A stretch of 64,000 nucleotides of DNA from Lingula anatina (taxonomy: Eukaryota; Animalia; Brachiopoda). The notes beneath the pieces were generated by a model that made no database searches, was not told where the DNA came from, and was given only the letters and a program-made list of their open reading frames with translations. The position numbers and the translations under genes were made by a program. Location of the stretch: positions 49,110,401-49,174,400 of the forward strand of contig CM120641.1 in assembly GCA_051362555.1 (NCBI GenBank), written 5' to 3'. Shown here piece after piece: positions 1 to 17,279 of this stretch (its first letter is position 1; each line of letters starts with the position of its first letter).

Positions 1-3000
1 TGAATTTGTAAAATTTATGTAAGGATATGATTCAACAGTGGCATGTGTCATTTGAATAGGGATAATAAAAAGTTCTCAAGATTGGCATGAGATAGAGAGT
101 GTGTTTTAAGGCAACTCCACCAATTCCATTGTAACTGTTATTATGTGTAAGATATAAAACCTTTCATTCATAAAGAGCACAGTTGTCAATACAACATTCT
201 ACAAAGAACTGTGAAACTTACGTCCAGAGCGTCCAGGGTGCATGTGTTCCCAGAAGCCACCAGTTTAGACACCCAGCGTATTGCGTCATGACAGGCGGAC
301 TCCGTGGCGTCCACCATCTTCTCTTCCCACTTCTCACAGGTGTGAGAGAAACGAATTAAGTTGAATCTGGACAAAATAGTAATAAGTAAATTAAGTGGGG
401 GACCACTTTTGTCAGGAGCTGAATAACACAAAGAAGTTTTACATGTAGCTTATCCATTTAGATTCTTTTTACTGAAAACAGTGGTGTGCACTATACATTA
501 TACTTCATTTGAAGAAACATATGACATGTTCAGTTTTATTTTGTGATTCCCACCCCTCCTAGCCTTCCCTCTCCTCTCCCTCCCCCTTCCATCCCATGAG
601 GCAACATTCTCAATGAAAAATGTAATTAATAATTGGCTAAAAGAAAAATGCTGTCCATGGCTCTTACTTTGCCCCCAGTTTATACAACTGATCCCATATC
701 AGAGATGCCAGCTCCTTCCTCAGTTCCTCCATATGTTGGTCCATAGAACCAGACGTGTCAATCAAGATGGCCACCCTCTTGTGACAGATCACTCCAAACA
801 CGCGACGGCTGCCTGCAATGGTGGACAAAAAGATATACACATACATTCTTATCTCCAGTGTGTAATAAGAAGCACTGTGAGAATCTCTTAATAGCACAGT
901 TTGTCATGCAATTCAATGTTAAGTACAGTAACTAGGTATGAGACAAGTCTACAAAATTTGAAAAAGCAAATTAAATAACTTTTCAACAGATGCATAAAAA
1001 TTTTTTGGCAAAAAATCTTTGCAATTGCAGCAACCATTTCACAATTATATATATGAACGATTGCTTTATTCAAATCAGATTCTCCCACTCCAAATTCTAT
1101 AAATGCAAACCTCTTGACAACATATATATACATATGTCCATAGATAGTGAGAAAACATTTAGCTAATCTGAAGTGATCCCAGACTTATCTTCAGTTACAT
1201 TGTATGTTACATAATTACAAATAGCTCCCCACAAGGAGTAAATAGCCTCTAACAATGTGAAAGATCTATGTGGTATCTATATGGGTACCTAGTGTTGGCA
1301 ACAGTTTGAGATCATGACCTCACAAATACTGCCATAAGCCATCATAATATAATACTCAGTTTAGACCAACAGCTTACCACTGAGCAAAAACTGCAGTCTC
1401 TTCAGGTACCTCCTTAGCACCTTCTCTAGCATCTCCTGGTACTCCAGGATCTCATGGGGTAACAGCTGCAGGTGCTTGATAGTACCCCCTATGTTCACAT
1501 GGGGAAAGATGTCACAGTACCTGGAAGGGGGAAGCATTCTTCAGTGAAAAAAATCATAGCTGAAAATTGGTGTAGGTATTGACTGTCACTGGCCTTGTAT
1601 AATAACATTAAATTTCTTTTAAAATTTGGTTTTTGACTCAAGATGCACAATTTATTGTGATGACAAAACATTTTTCATAATAATATTGTATTCAATGATG
1701 TATATTTTCTAAGTAACTTACTTTGCAGGAACAATCTTGTTAAGAGTCCTGACTTCTCCCTGAACATGTCTGCAGTCTTGACTTCCCACCAGCTTAGTCA
1801 GGTCCAGCTTTAATTTAGACAGTCCATACAGCCTCAACCACTGAGAGACAAAAGTATTGAATTATTACATCATAATATAATGGTCAGGTCCAGCTTTAGT
1901 TTGGACAGTCCACAAAAGTATTCTTTAACTGAGACAAAATCATTATGATAATCAAAGTATGAACTCAAGAAAGACACCTTATTTATAGGAAATTATTTAT
2001 TTTCACACACTTCCAAGACCATTATCATTACTCCAAAAAACTACAAGCAAGTATCAAAAGAATGGTTAATACGACTGACTGTGAATTATATTTGACATTT
2101 TCCAATTTACCAAAATAGTAAACAAACAGTGTTATTTTATGCAACTATAACTGATAAATAATCAACCAATATTACAAATAGTAAATGAAATTTTTCTTAC
2201 TTCTTTTGTTGTCATAATTTCTTCCTTTTCTGGTATCATTGCTAGTTTGATCTCCTTTCTCACAGACTTCATGTTAGGGTATCTTTTGAATACAACACCT
2301 ACACAAGATGAAATATTAATAAACACCACTAGAAGAAGAGTAAAGATACAAAACTCAGCTCAGTCTGAACAATACTAAAATCATGTTGTCACAATGCATT
2401 AAAGGGTCTCTAGTGCACAGTGAATATGTGGCATGGAGAACATCAGATGGAAAGTTAATCTTACACTGGTAAAGAGACTTTAAGACATAAAGAAAGGAAT
2501 AAATATAGGAAAACCCTTCCAATGACTAACAAGGTTGACTGACCTATGCCATTCTTATCATCTGTGTAAAACTGCTGTGTGGTTGTCTTCTTATATGTGG
2601 ACTTCACTTTCATCATGGGATCCTTGGCAGATGTTGGTCTGTTTCCTTTTGGTGCTTAAATAGTGAATATTTTTCATTGATCAAGAAATAAACTTCCTAT
2701 TTACATACCTTATAAAAGAAACTGAAACCTAAGACTTTAGGTATAAATGTGTCAAATCATTTCGTTAAAAAAATTGAATTTGTACCAAAATATACAGCAC
2801 TCTTTCTAATGTGAAAATTGTTTAAAAAAATGAAGTGTAGTGGTTGTGCTTGGTCAGCACACTTATTGCAATACTGACGCCATGTACTGACTAATTTGCT
2901 CTTAGAGTAAAAATCAAGTGTTTTAAAACAAGGGCTGTGGTTTTATCTTATTACAGCTGATTTCAATCAAACAACATGCTCCACATGACTTACGACTGGG

Positions 3001-6000
3001 TGCTATGCTGTCTTTGGCACTTGAGGGCCTCCAGGTGAGTGCTTTGGGGACAGACTCATCTTGGCTCTCAGATATTTTCTGTAAATGAATAAAAATACCT
3101 TAATACGCTGATGCTTTGTGAAGTTAATACAATTCAAACCAGAAAGATGTAAAGAACAAGCTCTGTGTTAGCATTGTGAGCCAAAGGCAATGAGGCACCT
3201 ACCAGTCTAGCCAAGGAGAGAGCATTCATCTTGGGAGGCGGGAGGGCGTTCTTGTTCTTGGATGGAGTGACACTAGAGGGCAGTGCCTGCAGTTGTTCTT
3301 CATAATACTCCAACTTAAAAAGGAAAACAAAAAATTCATATATCTATGCATAAAAAAGATGATACAAAATTGAAAAAGTTGTCCAATTTTCTGCGTTCAT
3401 TTTCTGGAGCATAAGTATGATGTCATGTTTTTTATCATATCTAAAATTCTACCACCAGTTTTACACACTTCCATATAAAAAATGCCAAAGCCTATTTCAA
3501 TTTTTATACCTCTTTTGCTTTATATTTCTTCTTTACAGACTCCACTAACATTGCACATTTCTGGGAGAAGTTTATTGCTCTGTCGATTTCTGCCAGAATT
3601 TCTTGAACATCATCACTTTCTATTACACCTGTAATAAATTAAATTAATGTTCAAACTGCTGCAGTTAGAATACCAGAAATTTTTCCTTTAATTATATGAC
3701 ATTAAAGCTAAATAATTTAATAGGCTTTATTTTTCAATTTCCAAACTAAAGATTTGAGGGGCTGATTTTATGTATTATCATAATATAAGACATTTCACTG
3801 CTTAACATCATGTTGCACTGAAGTTGTTAACATCATGGAAACAAAAAACAAAGAAATTGCACAAAAATTCTGTCACATGAAATATATGAAACCAATATAA
3901 TCCCTCAGTGAACTACCATCTCTATTACCTGTCTCTCTAAACCAATGAAACCTGCCGCCTGTGCTGTGAGCCAAATTCCTCAAGCTCTCTGCTGTCTTGG
4001 TAATGTTTGCATAGCGACCAGGGATAGCACCAGCACTGTCGTAGTCATCCACATTAAACAGGGCGGTGTGGAGCTTGATTCCGCGCCCTGAACACGATTC
4101 CTCCACATACTGAGCACAAACATCATGAGGTTGATCAGGAACACCACTGGTGAACAGGTAAACACCTTCCACCTCTGGAAAACAAAACAAACACCATGAA
4201 GTTGATCAGGAACACCGCTGGTGAACAGGTAAACACCTTCCACCTCTGAAAAACAAAACACACACCATGAGGCTGCTCTAAAACATGACCATGTTTCACC
4301 AACACTGGACAGAGATATCCTCTTGGCGACACTATCTATTGGATGAAACTGTTATTCCATGGGTAAAGTAATATACACTTATCCTGTGGATAAAGTAATG
4401 TTTTCTAAATACTAGATATTTATTTCTGTTTCTAATATTGTCATCCAGTTGATCAAATGGCTGCTATCCTCAGGATAACTGTCCAGAGGTTAGCAATTTT
4501 ATCCTGTTGTTGATGAAACTGGGTCTTGATTGTCCAAAATATTAAGAATACAAGCATATGTTTACATTCTGCAAATTTGTGATTATTTTACCAATGTGGT
4601 GTTTCAGTTCCTCTTCATTCTCCACTGTCATTCTGTAGGCCTCCAAGAAGTTTCTGCTTCCCCCACACTGCAGACCAAGAACCCACCTGGGAACAAATAA
4701 TGGAGTATTTAATCTTCTTCATGCTAAAGGACTTTTACATAACAACACTATTGTGTTCACTGTAATACATTGGTGAAATCATATTCATAAGTGAGATATA
4801 CTGTAGAAATTTGTTCACTGTAAGACACTGGTGAAATCATTGTGTTAGGTGGGATTAACTGTAGAAATTTGTTCACTGTAAGACACTGGTGAAATCATTG
4901 TATTCAGTGAAATATACTGTAGAAATGTGTTCACTGTAAAGACACCGGAGAAATCATTGTGTTAGGTGAGATAAACTGTAGAAATTTGTTCACTGTAAGA
5001 CACTGGTGAAATCATTGTGTTAGATGAGATAAACTGTAGAAATTTGTTCACTGTAAAGACACCGGAGAAATCATTGTGTTAGGTGAGATTAACTGAAGCA
5101 ATGTGGCTGTCTCACCTCCATGCACTCTGCAGGTTCTCAGGTGTAGGTTTTACCATTGTGGGCCTCCACATTTCAGCACGACTAGTGAAACTGAAATATC
5201 AAGATCAATATATCAGATCCTCCCAAAATGTTTTACTAGCGATTTATTCAATGCATATGAAGTGAACGTAACAAAATATCTTATTTGAAAAAAATTATTG
5301 AAAAATTGAGGTTTAAGTCAAGAAAAAAAAAGATCAATCACCTAAAAAGTTAACCATCTTTGCCTAGTCTTGGAAAAAAACTCTTAAATAAAGACATCAC
5401 TGTAAGTAGATTACCCTATAATGTTGAAGTATTCCCTGTTAGATATCTGTTGCTCCAGAAGCAGTCTCAATGAGTGCTGGATGTGAATTAAGTAGTTGGC
5501 ATTGGGTAGTGACAGATCAATGAGCAGAACCACACTGGAATAACAATAATATACAAATATGAAAGAAAAGGCTCAGAATAATATGACATCTAAATGATAT
5601 TTACATATGTTGTCTAAAGCTATTATTGTGAGTACAGAAATACTATAAACTTACATAGCTGACACTCATAGCAAAAGCTGACACCCTCTCTATAAATCTG
5701 TTACAGAAATAAATTTTCAGGTATACTAAAATTGCAGGTATCTAAACAGGGCCATGAAAACAGAAAAAATGTCATGTCATGATAAACAACTCACTTCTTC
5801 TCCACAATGCTCCCAAATATTTTCCTACTGCCAGAGGACAGCCATTCAATTCTCTTCTCAAACACTTTGACAGTGCTTCCTAGGTGTTTCTGGTACTCAA
5901 ACATCTGGGTGAGGTCCACATGGACATTTCTGACCGTGCCGTCCTGCCAGTGAAACTGTGCCATGGCTTTCTGCAAGGAGAGGAGACATTATACCATCAG

Positions 6001-9000
6001 GGAGGCTGAGAATATTCTCCACCAAACAAAACAACAAAACTTTTACTGTTTCAGTTTAATGAAAAACGATGAGCCAATGGAACTTAATTTACAAATAACA
6101 AGGAAATCTTTATATTCACACAATTGATGACAATATAAAACCTGTAATGACTGTGTACAGATATTATTCACCTTATATACGAAATGTACAGACATGTAAC
6201 AGGGGTATGAAGTAGTGTAATGGCTCCTTACCTCATGAACCTGGGATTGCACCGTTTTTCTTATCACTGGGATGAACTCCTCCTTGAAGGAATATGCATT
6301 TGGAGACAGAACTTGATACAGATCTAGATGTTTGGCTAAAAAAAGAAGAAAAACCACAAAGACTAACTTTTTTGGTCCTTAAGCTATTGATGATCCAGTA
6401 GAACCATCTTTATGATACAACTACTACAAACTTTTTTGTTTACAAAATACTACCTTTCAAGCCATTTTGTTTGAGCCATTCCTCTGATATTTCAGATACA
6501 ACTACAAACTTTTATATTTATAAAATACTACCTTTCAAGCCATTTTGTTTGAGCCATTCCTCTGATGTTTTAGCCAGGAACTTTGGCATCTCTATCCTCA
6601 GGGGGTTACTGTGCCCTGGGGGGCGGGGCAGAAACTGGGACTGGGGGACCTGGGTCACCTCCATTGATATCTGCAGGAGACATATATTACAGCTTTGGTC
6701 ACAATATTAACTATTTCTTGTTTAGCTAGGGGTTTCTTGGCTATATAATTTCTATATGGTGAGATGAGTTTAAATGGTATTCATAGAATTTTATAATTAA
6801 TTATTAACAAATAAAGTGGGTAATGTGAGTAAAGGTGTGTTAAAGAGTAGCATACCTCATTCTCAATGCTGACCAGTGCGTCACCCATCATTCCCTTCCT
6901 CATCTCTTTAATCTTGTTAATCACATCCTGGGCGTTCTTGATCTCCTTCAGCAGTAAGCTGATATCTGAGCCAGTGTAGATCTGTTCCTGATGACAGCAA
7001 ATGGAAAACACATTACTACATGGAACTACTCCATTTTTGTATATCTATTGCTATTTAATCTACTCCCCTATCACTGTACTCATTATTACTACTTTATCAT
7101 CTAACTCCATAATATAACCAGAAACAAATCATTTCTTGTTAGTTTTTTAATGATACATGTTCAGTTAAGTTTGTAGCATTGAATAATTTTTCTAAATTTT
7201 CCTAATGGTATTTATGGAGCATTGTTTAAAAAAAAACAAGCAAATGGGCACAATCTTTTAACTTTTCTTTAAATGTAATTAAGAAACACATACAAACATT
7301 TTATTTGCTTAATCCATTAATTTCTATATAAGCATGTATTGTGTTTCTCCCATAGTTGTAAAAATTAGTATCATCAGACTTAACCCTTTACCATTCACAA
7401 CTATCAAATTAAACACACAACAGAAGACACGCATCATTGTAGACAGAGTTAATGTAATCCTACATCTGTGGGTTTGTGAATCAATAACTTAATGTAGTGT
7501 ACTGGCCTAATCACCCTCTGCACTCTGGGCTATATTTAATCAATGTTCATTGACTGGAGTTTGTAATAATTAATAAAACCAATGATATCAAAGCAACACT
7601 CACCTCTGAAGTAGATGTGTAACAGTGATATCTCCCACGAGATTCAGCTGCTAGGGTCTTTAATGTCAGCTGTAAAGAAAAATTGCTGTATGGGCCACAG
7701 ATATTTACACGTATATATATATATATTTACACGTATATATTTATATTCTTAAAAATATACACATAGGTTCTTGATTTTTAATAAAAAGGAAACCAATATG
7801 TTGAATCATATAACACCAAGAGAAAAGTATAAAATCATCACAAGTTTTGACAACATTAACAGTAAGAAATGGAGGAAGAATGCAATTTTTACCAGCAAAT
7901 GTAATACATATGTATGGCCATATATGAAAGCAAAGTAATACAGACAAGCACTGTATGAGAGCTGTCAGAGTGTCTTACATTAGTGAGGTGGTTGCTGCAG
8001 TCAAATGCCACAGTGTGAAGAGGCTCATGTTTTCCTACCCCCATCTGAAGTATATAATCTGTCAGCACCTCAGAACTCTGATCAGGTCTGGAAAGGACAG
8101 GAAAACCAACCACATGTCATCAACAGTGATATTCCATTGACAAGATTCAGAGTATTTGATAAGTCAACATATATAAACTGTAATGAGTAAATAGAATGAC
8201 ACTGTACAAACACACGCAAAATGCACTTTAAAGTGATTTGTTTAACCTGGCAAAACAATGCACATGATAAGGCAGGTGAATAATTTGTACATACTTCATA
8301 CGGAGAAAATATTATGTTACCTGTGCACTAAAATACAACAACAGGATTTAAAATCATTTAAAACAAAAAATTAGATTAGTTACCAAATATAGATATCTAG
8401 CTGAATCTATTTGGGGGAGTTTGTGACTACTGTAAAACTTACACACTGCCCAATATCAGTACTATCTGGTTGATATGCTGTAAAACTTACACACTGCCCA
8501 GTATCAGTACTATCTGGTTGATATCCTGTAAAACTTACACACTGCCCAGTATCAGTACTATCTGGCTGATATGCTGTAAAACTTACACACTGCCCAGTAT
8601 CAGTACTATCTGGTTGATATCTTGTAAAACTTACACACTGCCCAGTATCAGTACTATCTGGTTGATATCATGTAAAACTTACACACTGCCCAGTATCAGT
8701 GCTATCTGGCTGATATGCTGTAAAACTTACACACTGCCCAGTATCAGTACTATCTGGTTGATATCCTGTAAAACTTACACACTGCCCAGTATCAGTACTA
8801 TCTGGCTGATATGCTGTAAAACTTACACACTGCCCAGTATCAGTACTATCTGGTTGATATCCTGTAAAACTTACACACTGCCCAGTATCAGTACTATCTG
8901 GCTGATATGCTGTAAAACTTACACACTGCCCAGTATCAGTACTATCTGGTTGATATCCTGTAGTCTATAGATGTGTTTCATGGCCTTCAGTAAGTTACAG

Positions 9001-12000
9001 CCTCCACTTGGTCTCAGGTTTGCTACAAAATCCTTTGCCTCATCAAGACTGAAAAAAAAATTAAATTTAAATGTGAACTATATTAAAACACTTTGAGTTT
9101 ATTCAGTATTGGCTGCCAACTTTGAGTAAATATGCAAATAACATTTTAGATATCTGGGTATATTTTCATTTTTTTTCTTTTTTGTTCTTTGCAATTAGAC
9201 CAATGATATAAATTATATCTCCGACTTGACATAATATTAGTCATTTGTCTTATTTAAGAGGGGGATTTATTTTTTATAAATGAACAAAGGCAATGATACA
9301 GAAATATGAAGGTATACTGCAACTTTCTGTTTCAGATGAAAACACAGACTGTGGCACTACTTACGTCCTGTGGTTGATATCTCTCACATGTTGCCAGCAT
9401 TTCTCCATGTCTGAACCAAACTTGACCAAGTACAGCTTCTGTTTCCCTGACAACTGCTCATCTATTAGGTGCTGGGGAATGAAGAAGACATTAAACTAAT
9501 TTACTGATTAACATCCTTTACAACATTACTTGTTATTGTAATTGCTTACGTCTGTATTAACTGACTTTTCTTCTGCTTGTTCACATGATACAGTATTTTC
9601 AAATTTTAAATATAAAGAGACATAAGTAAGTTTATGTAATGTATGAAACACATATATTGTGTAACTTGTTTACTGTCTGTTATGATGATTAACAGAAAAC
9701 ACATATCAAGAGAAGAGTCATTCTTCCAAATATCTTACAGAACATACTAAACATACTTAACAGAGAGTGGTTTATGATTTATGAAAATTCTGTAACATGA
9801 AATTCACCACATCTCCATTTAAAATACTCATTCAAATAGCTATACAAGCTTTACAAAGCATCCATTTCTGATAAATCAATTATATAACAGTTCCTGCTAA
9901 CCAGGAAGCTCCATACTTACAATCAGAGCCTCTTGGAAGTTGGAAAGACGACCAAAGCCACAGTTGGCATCTGAGGAATCAATCACCACTGCCACCTTGT
10001 TTCCTTTCACTAGTCCAAACGTCTTCAATCAAGACAAAAAATGATTGAATTTCAAAATAGACAATTTTATGACATCAACAATCAATAAACCATTCAACTA
10101 AATAAACAGGTTTTAGAATTCAATTCAGTAACAAAGTCTGCTAAAAACCATTAAAGTTACAATCTTCTGGTCTAAGTTTGTAACTCACTGACTAAGTGTA
10201 GCTTTTATACATACAGTATTTCTTACCCTTTTACTTCCATTCAGCATCCACTTGATTCTTTTTGTATAATGTTCTATTTGCCTACAAATGCAAAAAAAAA
10301 TCATAATTAAATTTGTTTTATAAACCTGACTTTATGTAATGACTATTTACAGGATGCAAAATTTATGCATTAAAATGGTGACAGAGACAATGCATTTAAG
10401 TACTAAAGTAAGCTTATATTCTGAACTTGTTGAGGACAAGGAAATACTCACATGTGCAACCTATATTCAAACTCATTGATGTCTTTGGCATCAAAAGTCA
10501 AATGTTGCTGCACCTTTCCAGTAGTTCTGTCATATGTTGGCCTAAATGACAAAATATTTAATAAATTACCACATGTTTACATTAAATGATAGCATCAGGA
10601 TTAAACAATAAATAGAAAGAAATATACCCAATAGTGCATTTGATTATCATTGATAGAAAATATGGTAGGTAAAACTTACTTTCCAGGTTTCCCCTTGGCC
10701 ACCAGGTCTTTCATTGTTAATTTGCTTTCTTCTACACTGTGGTTCTGAAGCCATTCTTCAGATGTTTGTTCCTCAGCTTTAGAAGCAGTATTGTTCTTCC
10801 CTTTCTAAAGAAAAATATAAAAAAAACACTTTTAGTGTTGTTCTCAAATTTTAACGTAAAATGATATGCTTTCTTGATACATGCCCACAAGCAGTGGTGC
10901 CTCAGAGCATCACTTAAAATTGTTCCTTTTAACAGCTTTTTCCCCTCTTTCAGAAATATGTTATAAATACAGATTCTTTTACACATGCATATATTTCTTA
11001 TTTTATCAGTCTCTTTATTGTAAAACCCAAACCACTAAGAATGCCTTAGAAATACCTATAAAAAGCTTTCATTTTAAATCATAAGATTAACAAGTATTTT
11101 AAACAGTTCTTGGATGAATAAATACCTGCTGAAAACACTGGCCTTGGATACTGTGAAATGAATGACAACTACTTACATTTAAAGACCATGTCTGATTGAC
11201 GTGTGTCACTGTCAGCTCATGTGGCTCTTCAGACTCTTCTGTATTCAAGAACTGCCATTCTGGTTTAGGTTCAATAGCTAGAAATGTCCTCCCCTTCTTC
11301 TTGGGTCTGGTATTAACATTGACAAGATACACATTTTAAACTGCATGTACTGCATGAAATACATTACTTGAACTTGTACATGTAAAATGTAAGTTTTTAT
11401 CATCAGTAGTGATTTTAGCAGAGTTTTGTGTTAGTTTCATCAGCACATATTAAACTAGGTACGTAATACCAGCCAGATATGCTTACATATTTTTTATCAG
11501 AATCAATAAAGAGAAAGAATAGTGGCCTGTAACTCACTCTAATGCCAATGCAAAAGCAGAAATGATACGTCAAGTTAGTTAATGGTATGACTGGAAAACA
11601 GCATTACATGACATGCATGATATACAGAATTGATATTGTTGATCCAACTTCACATACCATTACATTATCTACCAGTACTGGTAGGTACATGTAATATGAT
11701 ATTGGTATGGCCCATCTTTGAACATTACATGTGTCTGTTTAAAACTTACCCTGACTTTTTGCTTCGAACTTTACTCTTTCTTCTCTTTGCCCCAGGTTCT
11801 GAAGTATCACCATTTTCTTCGTTCAACCTAATATTTAAAAAAATTCAAAGAAATAAATTCATGGACATGTAAATTGTTATCAGTGAGTAAATTAGACCTT
11901 CTTAATGAAAAAATTAACACACATCTTCTATATCTTTATTTACTCTAACTACATGTATATACCGCTCTTACTCTGTAACCGACCTTTAATGTATCGATTT

Positions 12001-12030
12001 ATATGGGTTCTAGTAATACTGGCATAAATC

Positions 12031-12063
<33 letters not shown>

Positions 12064-12216
12064 AATGTAAGTATCTGGCTGATATTATGTACTTTGTTTA
12101 ATATGTGCTGACAAAGGTAAAATAAGACTAAAATCACTACTGTCTACTGGTGATAAAATCTTACATTTTACATGTACAAGTTCAAGCAATGTATCTCATA
12201 TACATAGAGTTAAAAA

Positions 12217-12251
<35 letters not shown>

Positions 12252-12266
12252 TGTGTGTATATGTGC

Positions 12267-12335
<69 letters not shown>

Positions 12336-12434
12336 TGCACCGATAGTTTAGTAAAAGACGTTTGAAAACACTGCCACTGCTTACTCTTCGTCTCCAATAT
12401 CGTCTTCTGTATCACTTGCTTCTGGCGATGACAT
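1..12434 (-). CDS. VWA3A: von Willebrand factor A domain-containing protein 3A-like, multi-exon; 3' end beyond window start
   Basis: GT-AG exons from probable ATG 12434 (MSSPEASDTEDDIGDE). Peptides VTHVNQT, KIFGSIVEK, VYLFTSGVPD, LAHSTGGRFHWF and VWA motif RVAILIDTSGSM resemble VWA3A as I recall it. Confidence 0.8.
4124..4272 (-). repeat. 71-bp x2 duplication spanning a VWA3A splice acceptor
   Basis: catgagg..ccacct|ctg recurs at 4124, 4195 and partly 4266; about 51 nt exonic + 20 nt intronic. Confidence 0.9.
4284..4528. mobile_element. MITE family A, degenerate copy
   Basis: Imperfect TIRs catgaccatgtttcaccaaca / tgttgatgaaactgggtcttg; interior (ttatcctgtgg, ctagata, ggctgctatcctca, actgtccagagg) shared with 61612-61871. 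Confidence 0.75.
4752..5098. repeat. About 59-60-bp intronic minisatellite, about 6 copies, no exon sequence
   Basis: Unit tgttcactgtaagacactggtgaaatcattgtgttaggtgagataaactgtagaaatt; stops about 15 nt from the donor of the exon at 5116. Confidence 0.9.
6415..6570 (-). repeat. 78-bp x2 duplication spanning a VWA3A splice donor
   Basis: aaaatactac|ctttcaagccattttgtttgagccattcctctgat twice; donors at 6530 (real) and 6452. Confidence 0.9.
8431..8960 (-). repeat. 48-bp x11 array spanning a VWA3A splice donor
   Basis: tgtaaaacttac|acactgcccagtatcagtactatctggttgatatcc every 48 nt from 8431 to 8911; top unit is the end of the exon encoding DINQIVLILGSV. Confidence 0.97.
12030..12331. repeat. (TG)n/(GA)n microsatellites in VWA3A intron
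   Basis: Dinucleotide runs at about 12030-12063 and 12217-12331. Confidence 0.95.
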
Positions 12435-14910
12435 AACTATGTCTGTCTGTGAAAAATATAAGATATATTAAACGTTACTAAATGCATATATGCTTGAGCA
12501 GCTCCTTTGAATCTAACTCGGGCACCTTGTTTGTTGTTGCCAATAGTGGAATGCACTGCAGTGAATAAGAGCCGTCGTTTGATTGGACAATAAAAAGGCA
12601 CAGGTTTTGGCTCGGGGCTCTCTATTATGCATAAGCGAGCATAAGAGTGTTTTACTTTAGTTAGTGGGATGTAATCAATTTTGTTCTCGCTTTAACTCAA
12701 ATTATGCATTCTTCAAGTGACTTAACAGGCGTGAGATACTTTGAGCGAAATATCTCATTTAAAACAGTTTATACTGAGAAGATTTTTTTTTCTCAAAGCT
12801 ATTTTGTTTTTAAACAAACTGAATTACACTTAATAGATAATTATAAACTCTTCGTATGAGCTCTATATTTCACAATAAAAACTCATATAAATATAATCAA
12901 TTCTATTTTACCACTAAAACGACAGTTATAGCAATTTTTCTGAAAACTGTGCTTGTCATCACAGCACGTGACCTCCACAGATAAGATTAGATTAAGAGAT
13001 TATTACATCAAAACTAACTTTAGAAAAAAGAAAAGAAAAAAAAGCAGGGACTAACTCTGAGTACAAAAATGGATTCATAAACCATTAGTAAGTATGGAAA
13101 AATAGTCGTTCACCTCTGCAAAATTAATTTTTTGGCCAAAATGAGCAGCTGTTATGAATTTAAATTTAAATTCCCAGAGCCCTTAAACCAGCAAAATGGG
13201 GAAAATTGTACTAACAACAAAATTGAGATTTTACACAATTAATATTGGAATTACTAATTGATGTTCATCATCAAGTAAGTAAGGAAAATAAATTAATAAA
13301 ATCGGCGAAGTATGAGTCGGGCGTCTTATCTCCTTTTAGTAAGTTATAGGCTTATAATGAGACAAAAGCCATTATTTTGAATTTTTTTGCTACTCGACCT
13401 CCGATAAGAATAAAATTGTTTGAGAAACAAATGAAAAAACTGCCTTATTCACACTAAAACTTAAATTACTATGTAAACAAGCAGGCCTAAAACCCACGTA
13501 TGCAAAGGTATAGAGTACAATTGGCCTACTAAATAAAAACGCTTTAATAAGGGGTGAAAGTACGTGAATAACTACACATATCCTCCTCAAACTTTAAGAT
13601 TTACATACAGTATACGCTTTGTTTTTCATATAAAAGTTTTCGTTTTATATGCTTTGATTAATAGCCTATCATTATGGTTAAATATTTTCATTGCACCCAT
13701 ACATTTAGGCCTATATGTAGGCCCGATTTCACGAGACAGAAAGAGACGGTATGTAATAAATCATGGATGATTTCGCTCTAAATAATATATATAGGCCTAT
13801 GTATATCACCAGGCAGACACCACAGTCTTGATTTTATATTTTATGTATTGATTTTATATATATATATAAACCGTCTATTTAACTTTTTACAGAACTGGCG
13901 AACAAAAGCTACATTTTCCCACAGACACTCAACCTTTTGTTTATTCCTGTTCATACATGACTTACCCACATAACTGTAATGTAAGGTCTTTATTCATTGT
14001 TCCGCATTTCATCATTATACCCTCACTTTTAAAGATACATTTGAATCGAGCGTGTATTCCCAGTAACGCATATAAACCACTTTTCAAGTTGCTCATACGA
14101 CTCAAATAAAGTCGATATTCCAAGGAATTAACCGATCGAATTAATCACTCGGTCGGCCATAAAGAGCTTTGAAACTGCAACTTCTACAAAATTTTCTTTG
14201 TAAAATGACCAACTAATCTGACCTACTGATACGCTCCGGTTATATACAACGCTAGCACAGAAAGTAAGCAGAAAATATCCGTTCAAATATCATTTTTCGG
14301 GTAATATGAAACGATATCCTTTTGCACGTCTCTTAGTTATACTATTTGAATCTATGGTGGCATTTCAGGCATTTGGTAGGCATTTTTGGCAAAGATTACT
14401 TAATCTTTAAATGCATTTTAACTGAGTCTGTGGATAATTTTAATAATAAAGGAAGACAGACGACCACTCACTCGATCTGTATATTTTATCTTATTACATT
14501 AAACGCACTCACGTGACGAGGTGTATTTTCATAGTGCCAGACAAAATTTGTAAGTTTAGCGCGACCGACCCTGGTTTTCAGATATTTTTATACTATCCAT
14601 TAATTTCAGATAAATAGCTTCATCCCAAGACAAGTGCCTGTTTCCTCTCAACTCAAAAACAAAAGAAATGCTTCAAATCGCCTAAGTGACGCGTAGGGTT
14701 CCTACGGGCCACCGTAACAATGTACAAAACGACCTTTCAACGACATATGCAAGTAGCGTCGATATGACAAGTTTAGTATGCATGATACCACAGTGAAGTA
14801 ATCTGGGTCTGCTGGTATACCGAGCACTTGCTGCACAAATTGAGCAAGACTGCAAGCTGAATTGACTGATATTTTAAAGAATCTAAATATTAAACCGACC
14901 GTGCAGGAAG

Positions 14911-17279
<2,369 letters not shown>

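Noticed and set aside
8431-8960. Regular arrays as CRISPR loci (also 19104, 26041, 33919, 40379)
   Set aside because: Head-to-tail units with no unique spacers, no cas genes, eukaryotic spliced context; units derive from host exon ends.
8470-8970. 166-aa + strand repeat ORF (likewise 26048, 26524, 26552)
   Set aside because: Antisense by-products of stop-free units whose length is a multiple of 3.
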